DNA of 64,000 bases, taken from positions 41,230,001 through 41,294,000 of the forward strand of contig NC_045138.2 of NCBI RefSeq assembly GCF_008831285.2. The letters run 5' to 3'. Made by a program: the position numbers and the translations under genes. The DNA comes from Nymphaea colorata. Its lineage: Eukaryota. The notes below the pieces were generated by a model. That model was given only the letters and a program-made list of their open reading frames with translations, was not told the DNA's origin and did not search any database. Shown here in pieces: positions 39,537 through 53,489 of the stretch (position 1 is its first letter; the number at the start of each line of letters is the position of its first letter).

Positions 39537-41178
39537 TGAAATCCTTCAGGCTTCAACCACTAGGATTTCTATCCAATCACAGCATCTGTGATTAAACACA
39601 TCGCTTGGTGAAATGTATGTATGTATTGGACAGTGCTATGAGAGAAGCCAGCACGTGTAGATTATTTATGGGGGATCTTGATAAAATAATTTATTTATAT
39701 TTAAAATATTTAATAAATAACAAAATATTAATATTGCAAGACTTGTATATGCGGTTGGATATTGACAGCATTGTTTTCCATAAGTGAGGACGTCATGTCA
39801 TTTTCTCATTATAACACCAAAAAAGTCGTACCGTGTGTTAACCAACAAATTTTGGTAGCGTCACAAGCTTAGCTTTTATTGTGAACACCTAAGAAACGAC
39901 TTTTTCAGCTGAGGATCATCCCAGATATTCTTGGACAAACTCGTTTCGAAAACTATCTAAACATGTAAGAATCGCAGAACCTCACAGTCTTCCTTGGTCA
40001 AGTTTTTTCTTTTTGTCTGGAAGCAACAAATCATTGTCCAACCCAATTGACCAATCTAATGAATTCCAAGTTTCTAACCAATCTCTGGGTTGGACGAGTC
40101 CAGGCCAAGGTAACACCTCTTTGTCATGCATCACCCATAAGACATGAGCCTCGTGTTAAACCATGTCACGTTGAAAAGTTTGAAAGCGTCGAGTTAAACC
40201 AAGTCAGGTTGAGAAGTTTGAAATTTTGCAGTTCTCAATCAGTAAAAAGTGCATCTCTCATTAAAGAAAATAAAAAAATGGTGATGGGTCAGCCTTAGAA
40301 TGAGATCATAAAAGAACATTCCGAAGGAAGCAGTAGAAAAAAAAAAGGATGAATGGAAAAAAAAGCGGCAAAAAATGCACATATATATATTTTTTGTTTT
40401 GAGTTTTACACAGAATCAGCAAAGTTTGCTGAATCGACCAAAGGGCCCGTCTCCCATTGATAGGAGCCATGAACCAACCGTACACGATGAGGGTGTCTAA
40501 TGATCTAGAAATGGATACAAATACTGCATTTTTGTAACACAGAGTTCCTGTTATCAAACGTCGTCGATGAGTTGGATCTGTTCGAAGCAAGCCTCAGTTC
40601 CACCAAAATCCAACCACAGATCTTGGTGATTTACAGGAACTCTGCTGCTCTGCAAGAGCATTATTAATGAATGGAGAGCACGGAAATGGTGAAGATATTA
40701 AACCATGGTCCATGGACCCATTTTAATGAAGCCAATGAATAGGGAACGCTAGAAAAGGAAAACATAGCGGGAAAATGACAGTATATAAGCTGAAGTCGTG
40801 AGGGAAACGGCGTGTTTAATAATAGCAAAAGTCGGTCCATCCGAAACGGATGTTTCTGGTTTGACTTTTGAGAGACATGCCAAAAAAACTTTGTTCATTT
40901 TTTTTACGCTTCCTCCCCATCACCAAACAATTCGGACGCCCTGCGTCTGCTTCCTACAAGGAAGAAAGAGAGAAGTTTTTTTTTTTATTGAAAATCTTTT
41001 TCTCTCGTGAGTTGGTTTTCTTTCCTTCTTCTGTTTTTTTTTTGGTTTCAACGCCATCTGTTCCTTTGGATGAATTTTTGCAGTATCTCAATATTGTGTG
41101 TAAAATAAAATGATGGGTTCCCTGTTTTCTTGTGAATTTTACAGATTATAGGCGTCTGTTTGTTCAAGACAAAGATAG

Positions 41179-44100
41179 ATGAGTGCCCAAGGAGAGGATC
41201 ATCATTCTAACCTCCTACCTGGTAATTTTTCCGCAGTTTTTAGAGCCACCATTATGATTTATGGCGTTACTTTTCATTTATTTTTTCTTTTACCCTCTCA
41301 GAATGGTCTGAAATGGAGAAAGATCTTAATGCTGATAGAGAATTCCCTTTTCTTATTGATCATTATCGTGCTTTTAGTTGTTTAGAAATGCATGTCTGTG
41401 TTTATGGGCGTCCGCTTTACCTTGACGGGGCTAGACGTAATTGTATGTATTTTATGCAAACCCTATATCTTCAGTGCTCGAAATGCAATTTGATTCCGTG
41501 GCTTTCTGCACGTCGAGTTCGGATCTTTGACCTACTGTTAATATTCTGTAATCAACATTCGTTATGTCTCCAATGGATTTGCAAACATGGGCAGAAAATG
41601 ACCGTTGATGAATCAGATGGTACCAAATGATGGTGATTTTCTTGCATTAGGTACTAGCTTATTGGTGGAAGTTCTTTCTGGATAGACCAGTGAGCGGACA
41701 CGTTACACGACTAGCCCTCTTGTATACACTACCATCTCTTAGAACTCAACACCCTGCATGGAGTTGGATCGTCTCCTAACAAGGTTCTCGGCGGTGTCAG
41801 TCTGCATACACGAGCCAGCTTCTTAAATATGCAAAAATTAAATGCAACATGCGTTGCCTTTATTGTTTGGTTCCCTGGCGCGGCTGGCGGTTATTGCAAA
41901 GAGCATGTGTTAATAGAAGTTTGTTATAATAATGACTGCAGTTAGTTGAAAGCAATGCTTCTGTATATCGTTGTTGATGCTGTTATTTGTATTATTTTCT
42001 GTTTCGAGAAAGAATTGCTGTCTCTTACAGTGAAGGGAGGTTTTTCCTGTAATTGATATGTTAGGTTTATATACAATGTATATAGCACCTCTCTTCTGAG
42101 TTCCTGAATGCTGATGCTTTTATGTTGTTTTTTTTTTCTCATAGGTTCTCTGCAGAGATTGGAAGACCTGCTATCACAACCGGGGAATAGATCCTGTGCA
42201 GATTGCGGATCATTAGATCCAAAATGGGTGTACGTATCTGAACATTTGATTTTTCTTTTATTTTTTCACTCATGACATTCATTCATCTCATCCAATTTTT
42301 CCAGTCTTAGTTTGTGCTGGATATCAAATTCCTACTTCTGAGTTAAGATTTATATAATATGACTTCTAGTACGTTATAAATGTAATAACTTGGCCAACTC
42401 CCACATCAGGATCGGTCTCTTGATTTGGACCTGAACCTGCCCCTTAGGAGCCTCCTTATAAGCCATTGAAGATTTCCTACAATCTGCAATGAGGGACTAA
42501 ACCCTTGAGGTCATAAAATTTGAAGATATGTGTGGAAGTTATTAGGTGTTAGATGCTTTAATTGCTTGTCCATTATGATCATGATTGTTGGTGCAAGATG
42601 TAGAACCCAATTATCATTTAATCATGTATAACAAACTGTGTTACTTACGTATGGTTTGTCCACAATTTCTGAAGCCACGACACAATAAGCATTTCCATTG
42701 ATCTGGAATTTTTTCAAAAGACTGTGGTTACGTCCACTGTCACAATTATCGTGTCTTAGTCGAAAAAGACGCGTTAAATAAGTGAAAAATAAGTCAGCCA
42801 TATAAACCGGCAATAAGACACATCTTGTTTTAAAAAATGCCAGAATAATGCAAAAAAAGGGTATTATACACGTTTTTTTGTATTTTTATTAATTTCTTAT
42901 GTATTTTATTTTTTATAATTTTCAGGATTTTTTAAATGTTTAAAATTTTTAAAAATTTTCTGATATTCTGGAGATATGCCCGAGATATACAACTTTGTCA
43001 TGTTCGAGAAATTTCTCCCCGTATAATACCCGTATACAATATATGTGGCAATGGTTACGAGGCAAAATTAATAATGTTTTTTCTTATTCAGCAAGATGGA
43101 TTCTTGGATCAGCAGCATTGCCTAGTTCAGACTAAAAATTAGTTTATCTATTCCTCCTCTTTTATAACTCACGGGAGAATAAGTTGAAGAATGTTGAACA
43201 AAAGAAATTTGCTATCTCACTTGCATATACTGAAGCTTGGAGTGTTCTTCACAAGCTTCCAGAGAATCATTTGATTGAGGTGAATGTGTTTTTCCACTTT
43301 CAGCATTCAGATCTGATCAATGGGAGGATCATCTATATTTCAAAGCCCTCGATGCTTACAGAGATATGATATCCTCATTAATTTCTGTGATATAACGTGA
43401 GATTTTTTTTCTAATAAAACCGAATTCCTGCTGTGGATTTAGGCCAAGAAATGCCTTCAGTCCATGAAGTACCTTAAAATAAAGTGACTTCCAATAGAGC
43501 AAACATCATCTTACAGACACAAAAATGTATGACGCAGTATTTCTCTTTACAATTCCAGGGTGGATGTCTTTTGGTCGGTGGACAAGAGTTTGTCATTAAT
43601 ATGGGCATGGTTCTCTTGTTCAGAAGGTGTAGTTTTCCCTAGTATTTGGAATTTCTGAACAGAACTACTTAAACCATGTATTTCTGCTGAGCTTTTCAAC
43701 ATGTCTGACAGTTTTTAGTCTGTTTCACCCTACAATGTTCTTTATCATCGTTGTTTTTTGGGCACTATCTTGCCTGGGCTTGCTATGAATTTATTAGGAA
43801 TTTAGGATTTAGCAGAATTGGTGTCTAAGGTTGTTTTAACATTGAAATGTTACCACAGAATTACTGCACATCCAAACCAAGACATTGCCAAATGCAAATT
43901 TTGGGCTTTTGGCATGAAAAGAGAGTGAAGATGTACATGTGTGAAATTTTTTACAAATAAGAATTGGGAATTTTAACTTTTAGCATCTTCGTTGGTATGT
44001 GTTATCTGCCTACACACCCATGAGTTGCCAGTCATGTAACGATATTACTGTACAACAGTTGCTAACCTAATAAGGCTCTGTTAAGGAGCTTTGGAACGGA

Positions 44101-47100
44101 ACAGAATACTATTTCCATGTTTTAGCAGGATACAATTTTACCAAATTGTAATACAGTTAAGTTACATTGCTTTTCAAAATGTGCCTTGTAGTTCAAGTTG
44201 TCAAAGACATCTTGTAAATGGTGCAGAAAAGTGATATGTGGGTCAAAACTCCGTTCACAATGAGTAGCTTGGTGACATCCTTGGTCTTGCAAACTGCAAG
44301 ACTGCTCCCAAACGGAGGTGTTCAGAAGCACAAGTATGTATCCAATTGAAGATTCCCAAATATGTTCTATTGTGGATTCACCTACACATGTATCTTAACA
44401 TATTATGATTTTTTGTTGGTGTTTCCAGCACATACCCAACTAGCTTGCTATGCTGTTCTTGCTTGTCCTTTTTGGAGAAGTTCTAGCTAACAAGTTTGGA
44501 ATGGGCTTTTCAGGTCGGTGAATATAGGGGCATTCATATGCATAAAGTGTTCAGGCGTTCACAGGGGATTAGGGTCACATATCTCAAAGGTTTGAATACC
44601 ATCATCTTGTTTGAGAACTTTTTTTTTTCCCTGTCCTTGACAGTGAACCAAGATATGGCAACTGTAGTCATCAATTTGTGTTCAAAGGATCACAGTAAAG
44701 TAGCTAGACATGGATGTGGATGTAAATTTCGGGCACTTGTACTTCTCTTGGTTTTATTGCTATTTTGTTCTACAATGAAAACATATTTCCTAACTGTGGG
44801 TCATTAATGCATCAGGTTTTGTCAGTGAAGCTGGATGAGTGGACAGATGAACAAGTTGAAGCAGTAGCTAGAATGGGTGGAAACTCTGTAGTGAATATGA
44901 AATATGAAGCATGCCTCCCAGATAATCTTAAGCCAAAGCCAGAAGCTCCAGCAAAAGAACGTTCTGCTTACATTAGGTAAGTTTAAGTTCTCATCTTATT
45001 CTTTTTGGTGTAAAAAATCCTTATATGTTGATGCCAACTATTGTTTCATACGTTCAGGAGAAAGTATGAGCTGCAAGAGTTTGTAGCTAAAGAAGAAGTC
45101 ATCTCCCCTGCGTTCTGTAGCTTGAGAACCTCACAGAGCATGTCCAGTGGTAGACACCCAGATTGTTCCCAAGACCGGAAAGTTGAAAAGCATCATAGCA
45201 ATCGTTTTCATGGCATTGGTCTTAATTTTCGAAATAGTTGGAGGAAAAAAGAACAAGAGCAGAAAGCTACAAACAAAAACTCAACGGTAAGGTCTTTATT
45301 GCCAATAGAATGATCTAGCTGCATGCATTCAAATGGTTACTGAACATCCATAATATGAAACAGTGAAACTCCTTATACTTTAAGAAGTTGTAGTTGACTG
45401 AACTTGCTCGACCTGAATCTGACAAAAGATTAAAGTCTAATCCGACGACATGACTTCTTGTTGTACCTCTCCTTGAAATCAGGACACACCCATCGGATTT
45501 GGACCCAAGCCTATGGGCTACAAAAGGGTGGTTGTGTTTATAAGCCAAGTATGTTGTATAACTGGCCACCACTCTGAAGTGGCTTGACCAAAGGGTGACT
45601 CATCTGCAAGCATTTTTTCCTTTCGCGTGATTGCAATCTTTTGACAGTCTAAGCTTACTTTTTTATTATCTGGTTGTAGTTGGGCATGGTTGAATTTGTT
45701 GGACTCATCAAGGTAAACGTGATTAGAGGAACCAACTTGGCTGTCAGAGATGTAGTGACTAGTGATCCGTACGTCATGTTAACAATGGGAAACCAAGTAA
45801 GGTTTTTTATAATATGCACATTTTGTTTGGTTGCCTGATGAAAATATTGGGATTTTCTTTTTTGCTCTGGAAAGTACTGTGAATGCAGCCAGAGGCTTAC
45901 ATCCTCATAAATTGTGACAGACATTGAAGACACGTGTGATAAAGAGCAACCTGAACCCAGTTTGGAATGAAAAAGTTGTTCTTTCCATCCCAGACACTGT
46001 TCCACCTCTAAAGTTGGTAAGATAGATTTCTAATCATGCCAGTGCTTGTGAGAGAGAACGTTGGTGCATATATATTACCTGACACTGCACTTTTGGAGAC
46101 TAATGCAAAAGTAGGGTGATATGGGCAGTTTCTCTTTAGTGCAAACTAGACTGTTTAGTAATGTCTTGCTTGCAAATTTTATGCCCATGCCTCCTAAGCA
46201 CAGCCCTCTTATTTATGCTTAAGGTGGGACAACTTTTTGTATCAGATCTAGGTATTCATACAATTAATTGCAGCATTATCCGAAACTTTACACATGGGGC
46301 AACCACAAACTTATGTTCATAGTAATGTGTCTGGTAGACCAGCGTTAAAGTCGTATCCACATATCTACTTTCACAAAGGCTGCATGATTTGTAGAAGTTG
46401 CTGGAATCATGGCTGGGCCACAACCCAATCAAGAAGTTGCTAATCATTGGATATAATGAATATAGTTGGCGGTGGTTGCTGTGACATGGCCATAAAGGAT
46501 GGAACGACAAATGTTATTTACTTGAGAGTTCCTTCCTTACCTCCAAATTTCCTTTTTTTTTACCTTTATTTTTCACATCAATTAGGATTTTAGTTGTCAT
46601 TTACTATAGAGTATGAAGCATCTGGGCCATGGAGATGAAGATTAAGCTTCAGGGATTGGAAACAGGTTAGTTCTTCAGACTCAGGATATTCTTGGGACAG
46701 ATGCTGGTGGATCCATGTACTCTGCACCTTAAACTAGTACTTTTGAAGCCTCCTACTACTCAATTTATACATGTAATAATTGTGCATGGAAAACTTGGTC
46801 TTAGACAAGGCAAGATATCTCATGTAGTATTCAAAGCAAATGCTTGCAATAATTTAACTATGATTATAACAGAGAGCAGCTAAGATACAAAAAGTGGAGA
46901 GCTAAATGTTACTACTCTTAATATGACCATGATGTTGGTCAATTCATTCCATCCCTCAGATTTTGCTTAGGAATACAAACACAAACACTGAGTTTAGAAA
47001 AGAACGCAAACAGAATATGATGTAATAAGTACTTGACTATACAGTATCATGCTTCTTGTTTGGTATTCCTGTGGAGAAAATTCTAAGTCTGATTATGAAC

Positions 47101-48358
47101 ATTACGTGCTTATACATAGATATAGGGAAATGTTATAAAACTCACCATGACTGACAAAACTGTCTTTTGCATGTCTTCACTTTTGCTGATATCACATTGG
47201 AACAAGCCAATTTCCTTTTCTTTTCTTCTGCCTTTCTTCTTTTGTGCCCGAGCATGCACACATCACTTTTTCATTTTGGGTGTCAGCAAGCAACATCATT
47301 ATGCAGACCAGACAATGCCATGAATGAATTTTGACAAACTTGTTTCAGCTTGATAAATTTCTTACTGAGAAGAAGTGAACCAGTGACATCTTTGTTACTT
47401 GCATGAATGACAGAGAAAAAACGAAAGAATGGAAATTGGGAGAACTTATGCAGGGACAAGAAATTATCATTTTCTCTAGATTGGACCCTGTTTCTGTGTT
47501 TTGTGTTTTCGCTGTCTTAATGCCTTAATTGTTATTTGGAAGCCTTCCACACTTTGGTTGATTTTCCTTGCCTCTGTTGCCTCAAAATAAAACAAAATAT
47601 GCATTTTGAGCTTCAATTGTCCTTAATATATGTTTCAGGATCGTTTTACTTATAAGCATAGTTTTCTTCTATGTGTCAAGTGACTGTGAACCTATGGGTG
47701 TGTGTTATTGTTAAAGACCTTAATATGTGTCTTGATTATGTTATAGGATTTCTTTACCTTTCTTTCCTTTCATTTATGTACTCTGAGATATCCCCCAAAA
47801 AAAAAAAAGAAAAGAAATCTGAAAAAAAAGAAATATCTCACCTAGAAGACAACCGGCTAGTTGCTGACTTGCTACTGTATTACATGGAGCTGGTTTTATT
47901 TAGAAGCCTAGAACAAAATGAATGGCATGGATAGTCCTCGGGTCTGATCAAGAACAGTATTCATTCCAGTGCCTTGATATAGATGCCATTTATTAGTTTG
48001 CGAGTCTCATGAGTTGAACCAAGTTTGGATATGCTGCATTCTGAAAACTAACTAAAATCTGTGGCTCTATTTGCAGCAAGTATATGACAAGGATACCTTC
48101 AGCGCAGATGATCGAATGGGAGAAGCAGAAGTAGATATCCAGCCATTGGTTGCTGCATCTGTAGCTTATGAGAACTCAGGCATCAGAGAGCCAATGCAAC
48201 TTGGAAAATGGAGAGCAAGTGAGGATAACAGTCTCGTCAAAGATAGTCTGATAACATTAGTAGATGGAAAGGTGAAGCAGGAAATCACTCTAAAGCTTAA
48301 GAATGTGGAGAGAGGGGAATTGGAAATTGAACTTGAATGTGTTCCTCTCACTCAATAG
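41179..48358 (+). CDS. ADP-ribosylation factor GTPase-activating protein with C2 domain (AGD11/AGD12/AGD13, ZAC type), about 362 aa
   Basis: Exons 41179-41221, 42145-42229, 44514-44589, 44816-44976, 45058-45286, 45680-45796, 45921-46016 and 48077-48358 total 1089 nt. ArfGAP zinc finger '[29 protein letters not shown]'; C2 domain '[13 protein letters not shown]', 'NLNPVWNE' and '[17 protein letters not shown]'. Confidence 0.93.
42735..43053. mobile_element. hAT-type MITE (family B) in ArfGAP intron 2
   Basis: TIRs CACTGTCACA / TGTGGCAATG with 8-bp flanks GTTACGTC / GTTACGAG. Related to 22107-22422. Confidence 0.7.
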
Positions 48359-48954
48359 CACATTTGCTGTGTAAAGGAAAAGTATATTTCAATGATCAGC
48401 TCAAAAAAAGATTTCTCTGTAGTTTCTTAACAACTCTGGAGATGCAGCAATTCATAAACCGAGCTTGATGATGACACTTCAACAGTGTCTTCAGCCACGA
48501 CCATTATCATCACGGTTAAATCACCACCCACCACAATCCTTGTCTGGTATGGTGCAAAATGTTTAGCATAGAAAATTTTCATTCATCGCATTACAGACCA
48601 AATAAGGGATCTATTAATAGCAGAACTAGCAGGAAAAAAGAGAAACTCCATCATCGCTCACCAGAACCCATATATGGAAATTAGAACTTTATTATAGTTG
48701 AGAAAGAACCACCACATAACAAGAACTGATCAACAAGAAACCAATACAGATTTTTACAGTCTTGAATCAGAAGGCTCTCGAGTCATCTCCAATTTCAATT
48801 TAAATTCCATTCATGAAATTGAAGCCGAAAATTATCAAGTATACAATTATGCACAAAAACAAGAAACAAATCCGCATAATCCCCAACTTCCCTTTTTGAT
48901 CATTCTCATCATGATCACCACCACCAATCTTCACCATTTGTTTGGTTCGTGAGG

Positions 48955-50076
48955 TCAGTAAGAACAGAATGGACACCTGACCAATCCGTTCTCGTTGCAC
49001 TCCAAGCACCGTCTCAGAACACCTCCATCGTCTTCCTCATAAACCTTCCTACTGCCATGGCAGTTTTCGCAGGGCACGAACCTCGCGTCGCCGCACACCT
49101 CGCAGACGTCGCCGTTATCTCGCACCGGAAAATCCCGCAGGATCTTCCCCAATTCCCCGACCTCATGTAGATGCCTCACCTCCTCTGCTCCTCCGACGTA
49201 CGTGCCCCCAGCGAACACTTGCGGAAGCGCCGCGCTCCCCCCGAACGCGCTCTGCAATTCCTTCCGGTACGCGGAATCCATCGAGACATCTCGCTCGTCC
49301 ACGCAAACCCGAAGCCCCCTAAGAATCGATCTCACCGTGCAGCAATCCTCGTATGTTTTCCTGATCCCCCGAAGGCTCGTGAAATACACCACGATCTTCC
49401 CCTCACTTCCTGGAGGAGGCGACGGCGACAAAGGCGACGCCCTATCGACTGGCAACACCTTCGAGCTCGGGATCGATGCGATCGCCGGCTTCAATTGCCC
49501 GGAGTCCCTGAACCCCAAGTTCGTCGTCTTCACCGTAGCCCGTCTGAAACTCGAGACGACGTCCGTGCCTTCCGGGCTGGTGGATTCGTCAGAAAGATGC
49601 ATCCAGAGTGGCTTGGGACTGCCGATGGCCGCTTCGTTCTTGGCCTGAGAAGCATTGAGGCCATGTTGGAGACTGAGGGACCGGCCGAGGGATATCCTCC
49701 CTGTGTCAGCAGACGGCGCATCGGACAATGAGTCCTCGAGATCATGCATGAGCTCCCAGGCGTCTATGTTCTCCGGGGGGCCGGCGGCGGCGGTGGTATC
49801 GGGGTCAGGCAGGGGATCGAGGACTAGGGAGCCGTAGGTGGTGGAAGTGAGGGCGACGACGTGGTAGGAGTCGCCCTTCCGCTGCGGCGGGTGGTGAACG
49901 GCCAAGGGAAGGGAGTGCGCTCGAGAGAAAGGAGGAGCAGAATGTTGGTGGTGGCCGCCGCCTTGCTCCTGCTCTTGGTGGTGATGGTGGCCCTCTGAAT
50001 GGTCCTGGAAGTCGCGACCCGACTCGCTTGTCGTGGCGCCGATGAAACGTGATTCCCTGGAGGTGGTGCAGCCCAT
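48955..50076 (-). CDS. Glutaredoxin-like (GRX_GRX_like) protein with C-terminal four-CxxC zinc finger, 373 aa, intronless
   Basis: Single GC-rich ORF. Motifs: 'HHPPQRKGDSYHVVALTSTTYGSL', 'IDAWELMHDL', GRX-like 'VVYFTSLRGIRKTYEDC..VR.IL....V.VDERDVSMD', 'LPQVF..G.YVGGAEEV', and 'CEVCGDARFVPCENCHGSRK...RCLECNENGLVRCPFC'. Confidence 0.93.
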   Translation of the reverse strand: MGCTTSRESRFIGATTSESGRDFQDHSEGHHHHQEQEQGGGHHQHSAPPFSRAHSLPLAVHHPPQRKGDSYHVVALTSTTYGSLVLDPLPDPDTTAAAGPPENIDAWELMHDLEDSLSDAPSADTGRISLGRSLSLQHGLNASQAKNEAAIGSPKPLWMHLSDESTSPEGTDVVSSFRRATVKTTNLGFRDSGQLKPAIASIPSSKVLPVDRASPLSPSPPPGSEGKIVVYFTSLRGIRKTYEDCCTVRSILRGLRVCVDERDVSMDSAYRKELQSAFGGSAALPQVFAGGTYVGGAEEVRHLHEVGELGKILRDFPVRDNGDVCEVCGDARFVPCENCHGSRKVYEEDDGGVLRRCLECNENGLVRCPFCSY

Positions 50077-52180
50077 CCTTTCTCCCTTCTGTGCCTTCTC
50101 TTACACGTTCCCCTCCCTTCACGCCTCCTCCTTCTTCCTCCTCTTCCCTCTCCTCCTCTGTGGGAGTTGAGAGTTGGTTGCCTTCTGGTGCAAGAGGTCG
50201 TCTGCAATTAAGGATTCAAGATCACAGAAGGGTAGTGTTATTTTGCGGAATCATCGAAAATGAAGATGGTTTTGTTGCAGTGGTGTGTCATTTTAGAGAG
50301 AGAGAGGGAGAGAGAGAGAGAGAGAGAGACTGTCACCCTGGTCGTTGTTGTCATGTTGGCGATGGACTGACCATCTCTCTCACAAAAAGGCTGCCGTTGA
50401 GTGGGAGGAAAGTTTAAGAACAATGGTAGGAATGATTAGCATGAATTTTACCGGCCGATCTTTCTCTCTCTCAAAATTTTCCTTGTGGTGAAATGATTTC
50501 AATCTCTCCAAGCGGGGAGCGAAATTTTCGGAGTGTAGATATGCGTCTCTTGGTTCTCCTAAGAGATGCAGTTGGTGCATATTTTGAACAGTAGATGACT
50601 GTGAATTCAGATCAGATCCTAATAGAATCTACAGCGACCAGAGAAAATTTAAACTTTTTTTTTCTTATTCGGATCGATGGTGGTGAGAAAGAAAAAGAGA
50701 GATCCTCGGGAATGTGAGATCTTTCAGGATCATTGCTCAAGATTTCAAGTTTTCAAATTCGAATGAAGGGGGCACGCTTTTAATGGTGTGCTTAAATTAT
50801 TTGAATTTTAAATACATTAAAAGTTTAAAATCCACCTTAAAATGAGGATCTAGGATTTAGTGTTCGGATCTCTGCTTTGAGGGTGTCAGACTAAAGATTC
50901 ATCGCTCGCAAAATTTCACTTTTCGGACCTGAGAAAATCGAGGTGACCCGGTTTTCTGGCCTCGGAAAATGATGTGGGTGTCCAAAATATTCTGTCCTGG
51001 AATAAATTGACCAAACCATACTGTTATATGAGTCTTTTTGTAATCTTCAATCTTGCTTCTTATTAGAACTTACATTGTTCTCTCTCTCACAAAAACTTGG
51101 AAAAATTTTCATACATGACATCTGATCAATTATTTAAACTTTTTTACAAGTGCTTCCACGATATTATGGACATTTATGTAATGGCAAAAAATTGGGTGTT
51201 CTATTTTAAAAGTAAACCTAGGTAAACAAATCTTCGACATATAAAAGTAAAAAAGAAAAAGAAAAAATAATATCATACCAATGACTTGCTCTGTAATTTT
51301 ATGTAAACTAGTAAAATTTGATTAAGAATAAGGTTCAAACCCATTAGACTAAGCTGTTAACGTACCTATAAGTAAGATCCAAAATGGAAGGACTCATATT
51401 TTTCCAAAGCAAAATTTTATATTAAAGATTTTGAGAAATATTGAGTGGGTAATGAATGCTAATTCTTATTTCATAAAGGGTGATAACTTACATTGTTTTA
51501 CCATAGGTTGAAACCCATTACGTGAGGACATATGCTCATAATTAAAGAGGAACATATTGCAACATTTCCTGTTTGATGAGGACACAAGGATAAATCTAGA
51601 TTGAAAAGTTTGTCAAATCTTGAGGGCCTTGTAAAACTGAAATTCACTACAAAACAAGTTGGAATATGCTAGAAAAGACACCTAGCCAACCTTGGGCTGA
51701 ATTTTTACACTTTAACAACAACTTGTTAGATAAAGAATCGTTGAAATGAAGATTGCTTTTTAGTTCAGTCAGACTTAGAGAGAGAGTACAAGAAGAAGAT
51801 GACAAAGCCCTTGTACTAGACTCGACCCATGTGCGACCTTAATCCGAGCCACTTTCTGGGTGTCTAGACCTTGTTGGGCTCAGGCAAGGGTCCCAAAGGG
51901 ACCGATAGCGACTGGACCCGTGTGGGCCAACCCAATTCCACTTACGCGTAGCAGTGGATGGATTAAACCCTGGTTTTGAAAGGAGCACGACGTCCATGTC
52001 CACTTGCCCTTGACATGAGGAGCCACTGTCCTTTCCACCCTCTACTTTTTGCTTTCCCCCCTCTCCAGTGCACTCTAGATTTTTGAGAAAATTTTTTCCA
52101 GGAAATGTTTTTCTCAGATGGAAAGACCTAAGAAAATAGGTAGTCCATGTCAAGTCTTCTTTTGACCCAAGTGAAATTTA

Positions 52181-52300
52181 GGGCTTAGTGTGGTTGGTGG
52201 GACCAGGGACTTGTAGAAGGCTAGTCTTTGATTCGATTCTCGTGAGCACCAACCTTTGTTGCCGCTGTGCTTTTCACTATTAAATGTGAAGCGCGTCGAG
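52181..52300 (+). mobile_element. Possible tRNA-derived SINE head
   Basis: An A-box-like TAGTGTGGTTGG (52186) and a B-box-like GATTCGATTC (~52230) occur at tRNA-like spacing. No intact cloverleaf is seen. Confidence 0.3.
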
Positions 52301-52399
52301 TTGAAAACTCTAGCGGGCTTTCAATCATTTTATTTGAATGGCAATGGCATTGCCCTAATTACTCTTGATTCTATTCATTTAACTCCTAATTATTTATCT

Positions 52400-52800
52400 A
52401 ACCACATAAGATAAATTAGAAAGATATCTAATGCATTAAATTTTAAACATTCAAGGGGCAGAGTATAGTTGGTCAGACTAGGGGTCATGTAGACGGCACG
52501 TCTCCTTTTCGAGTGGATGCTACTTTTCTTTGAAGTTAAGGGTGGGGTGCACTCTGTCCAGCTAAAAGCGGTCCACTCAAACTCCGACGCAGCCCAAAAT
52601 GCCAGAGGCAAAGGAAAATGGGGGACCTTCAAGCTTCATTCAGCGACGATAGGACAACCTCTCCTTCATCCGAAAAGAGTCGATGTACTACCAACTGTAT
52701 CCAGTTCTTCATCATCAATGAACACCATTAAAGACAGCCATTCTTGAGGGTGAAAATGGACATGGTGGAGCTTAATGATCTCGAGGACAGGGACAGGCCA
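52400..52800 (+). mobile_element. Copia gag relic
   Basis: 'KGQSIVG' and 'GHVDGTSP' (52450-52510) resemble the Copia gag N-terminal motif LxGxVDGTxxxP. Interrupted by stops. Confidence 0.35.
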
Positions 52801-53443
52801 CGCAATCTTAATCAAGGTGTCCCAACCAAGAACCAACATTTACTAATACCACAGAATTTATGAAAATATTACAACGAGAGAATTGGGAGTTTTTTTGTCA
52901 CTTCATGGAGGTTTAGTCTATTGCAGCATTTATCTTTTTTTGTCGGCAGACGCCCAGAAAGCACCCTCTGTTTTTACTTGTTTCCATTCCATTACTGATG
53001 TATCTTAAGAAGAAATTAATGAAGGGAAATTGGTCATTCATGACGAGTTTAAAGCTAAAGCCTTCTTCTTTCAAAGTTTTTTTTTTTTTGGTAATTGGTG
53101 CACCGTAGGGTTCACTGGGCTCAAGGAGTAGGTCAAGTCAATTTTAGATTTTTTTTTTTTTTTTTTGCTTGAAAGGTAAGGCTCTTCAAATTGCTGTTCA
53201 TCAATGAATTTGGCATTAAGGTTGAAATGACTTTTTGTTTTTTTCCCAAACATATTGGTAGCAGAGACAAAGGCCTACCCCAAAGAATGGAATATATATA
53301 TATATATAATCTGAAATCCTCCACTTATTTTGAGTTCCATAGAATCACGGCCACTCCTTCATTACTTGGGTAGGTTTACCATCAGGCAGTGTATTGTAAA
53401 AGACAAAGGATTTCTCCAATCAAACCTGGATGAAGAGATCCAT

Positions 53444-53489
<46 letters not shown>
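53444..53489. repeat. Compound (TA)n(GA)n microsatellite
   Basis: Directly visible. Confidence 0.95.

Noticed and set aside
42399..42465. USE-like TCCCACATC plus TATAA, a possible plant snRNA or telomerase-RNA promoter
   Set aside because: The USE-TATA spacing is about 49 nt, too long for Pol II or Pol III snRNA promoters, and no recognisable RNA follows. It looks more like a small LTR remnant.
49171..50417. Several overlapping ORFs of 100-186 aa around the GRX-like gene
   Set aside because: These are shadow frames of a GC-rich coding sequence.
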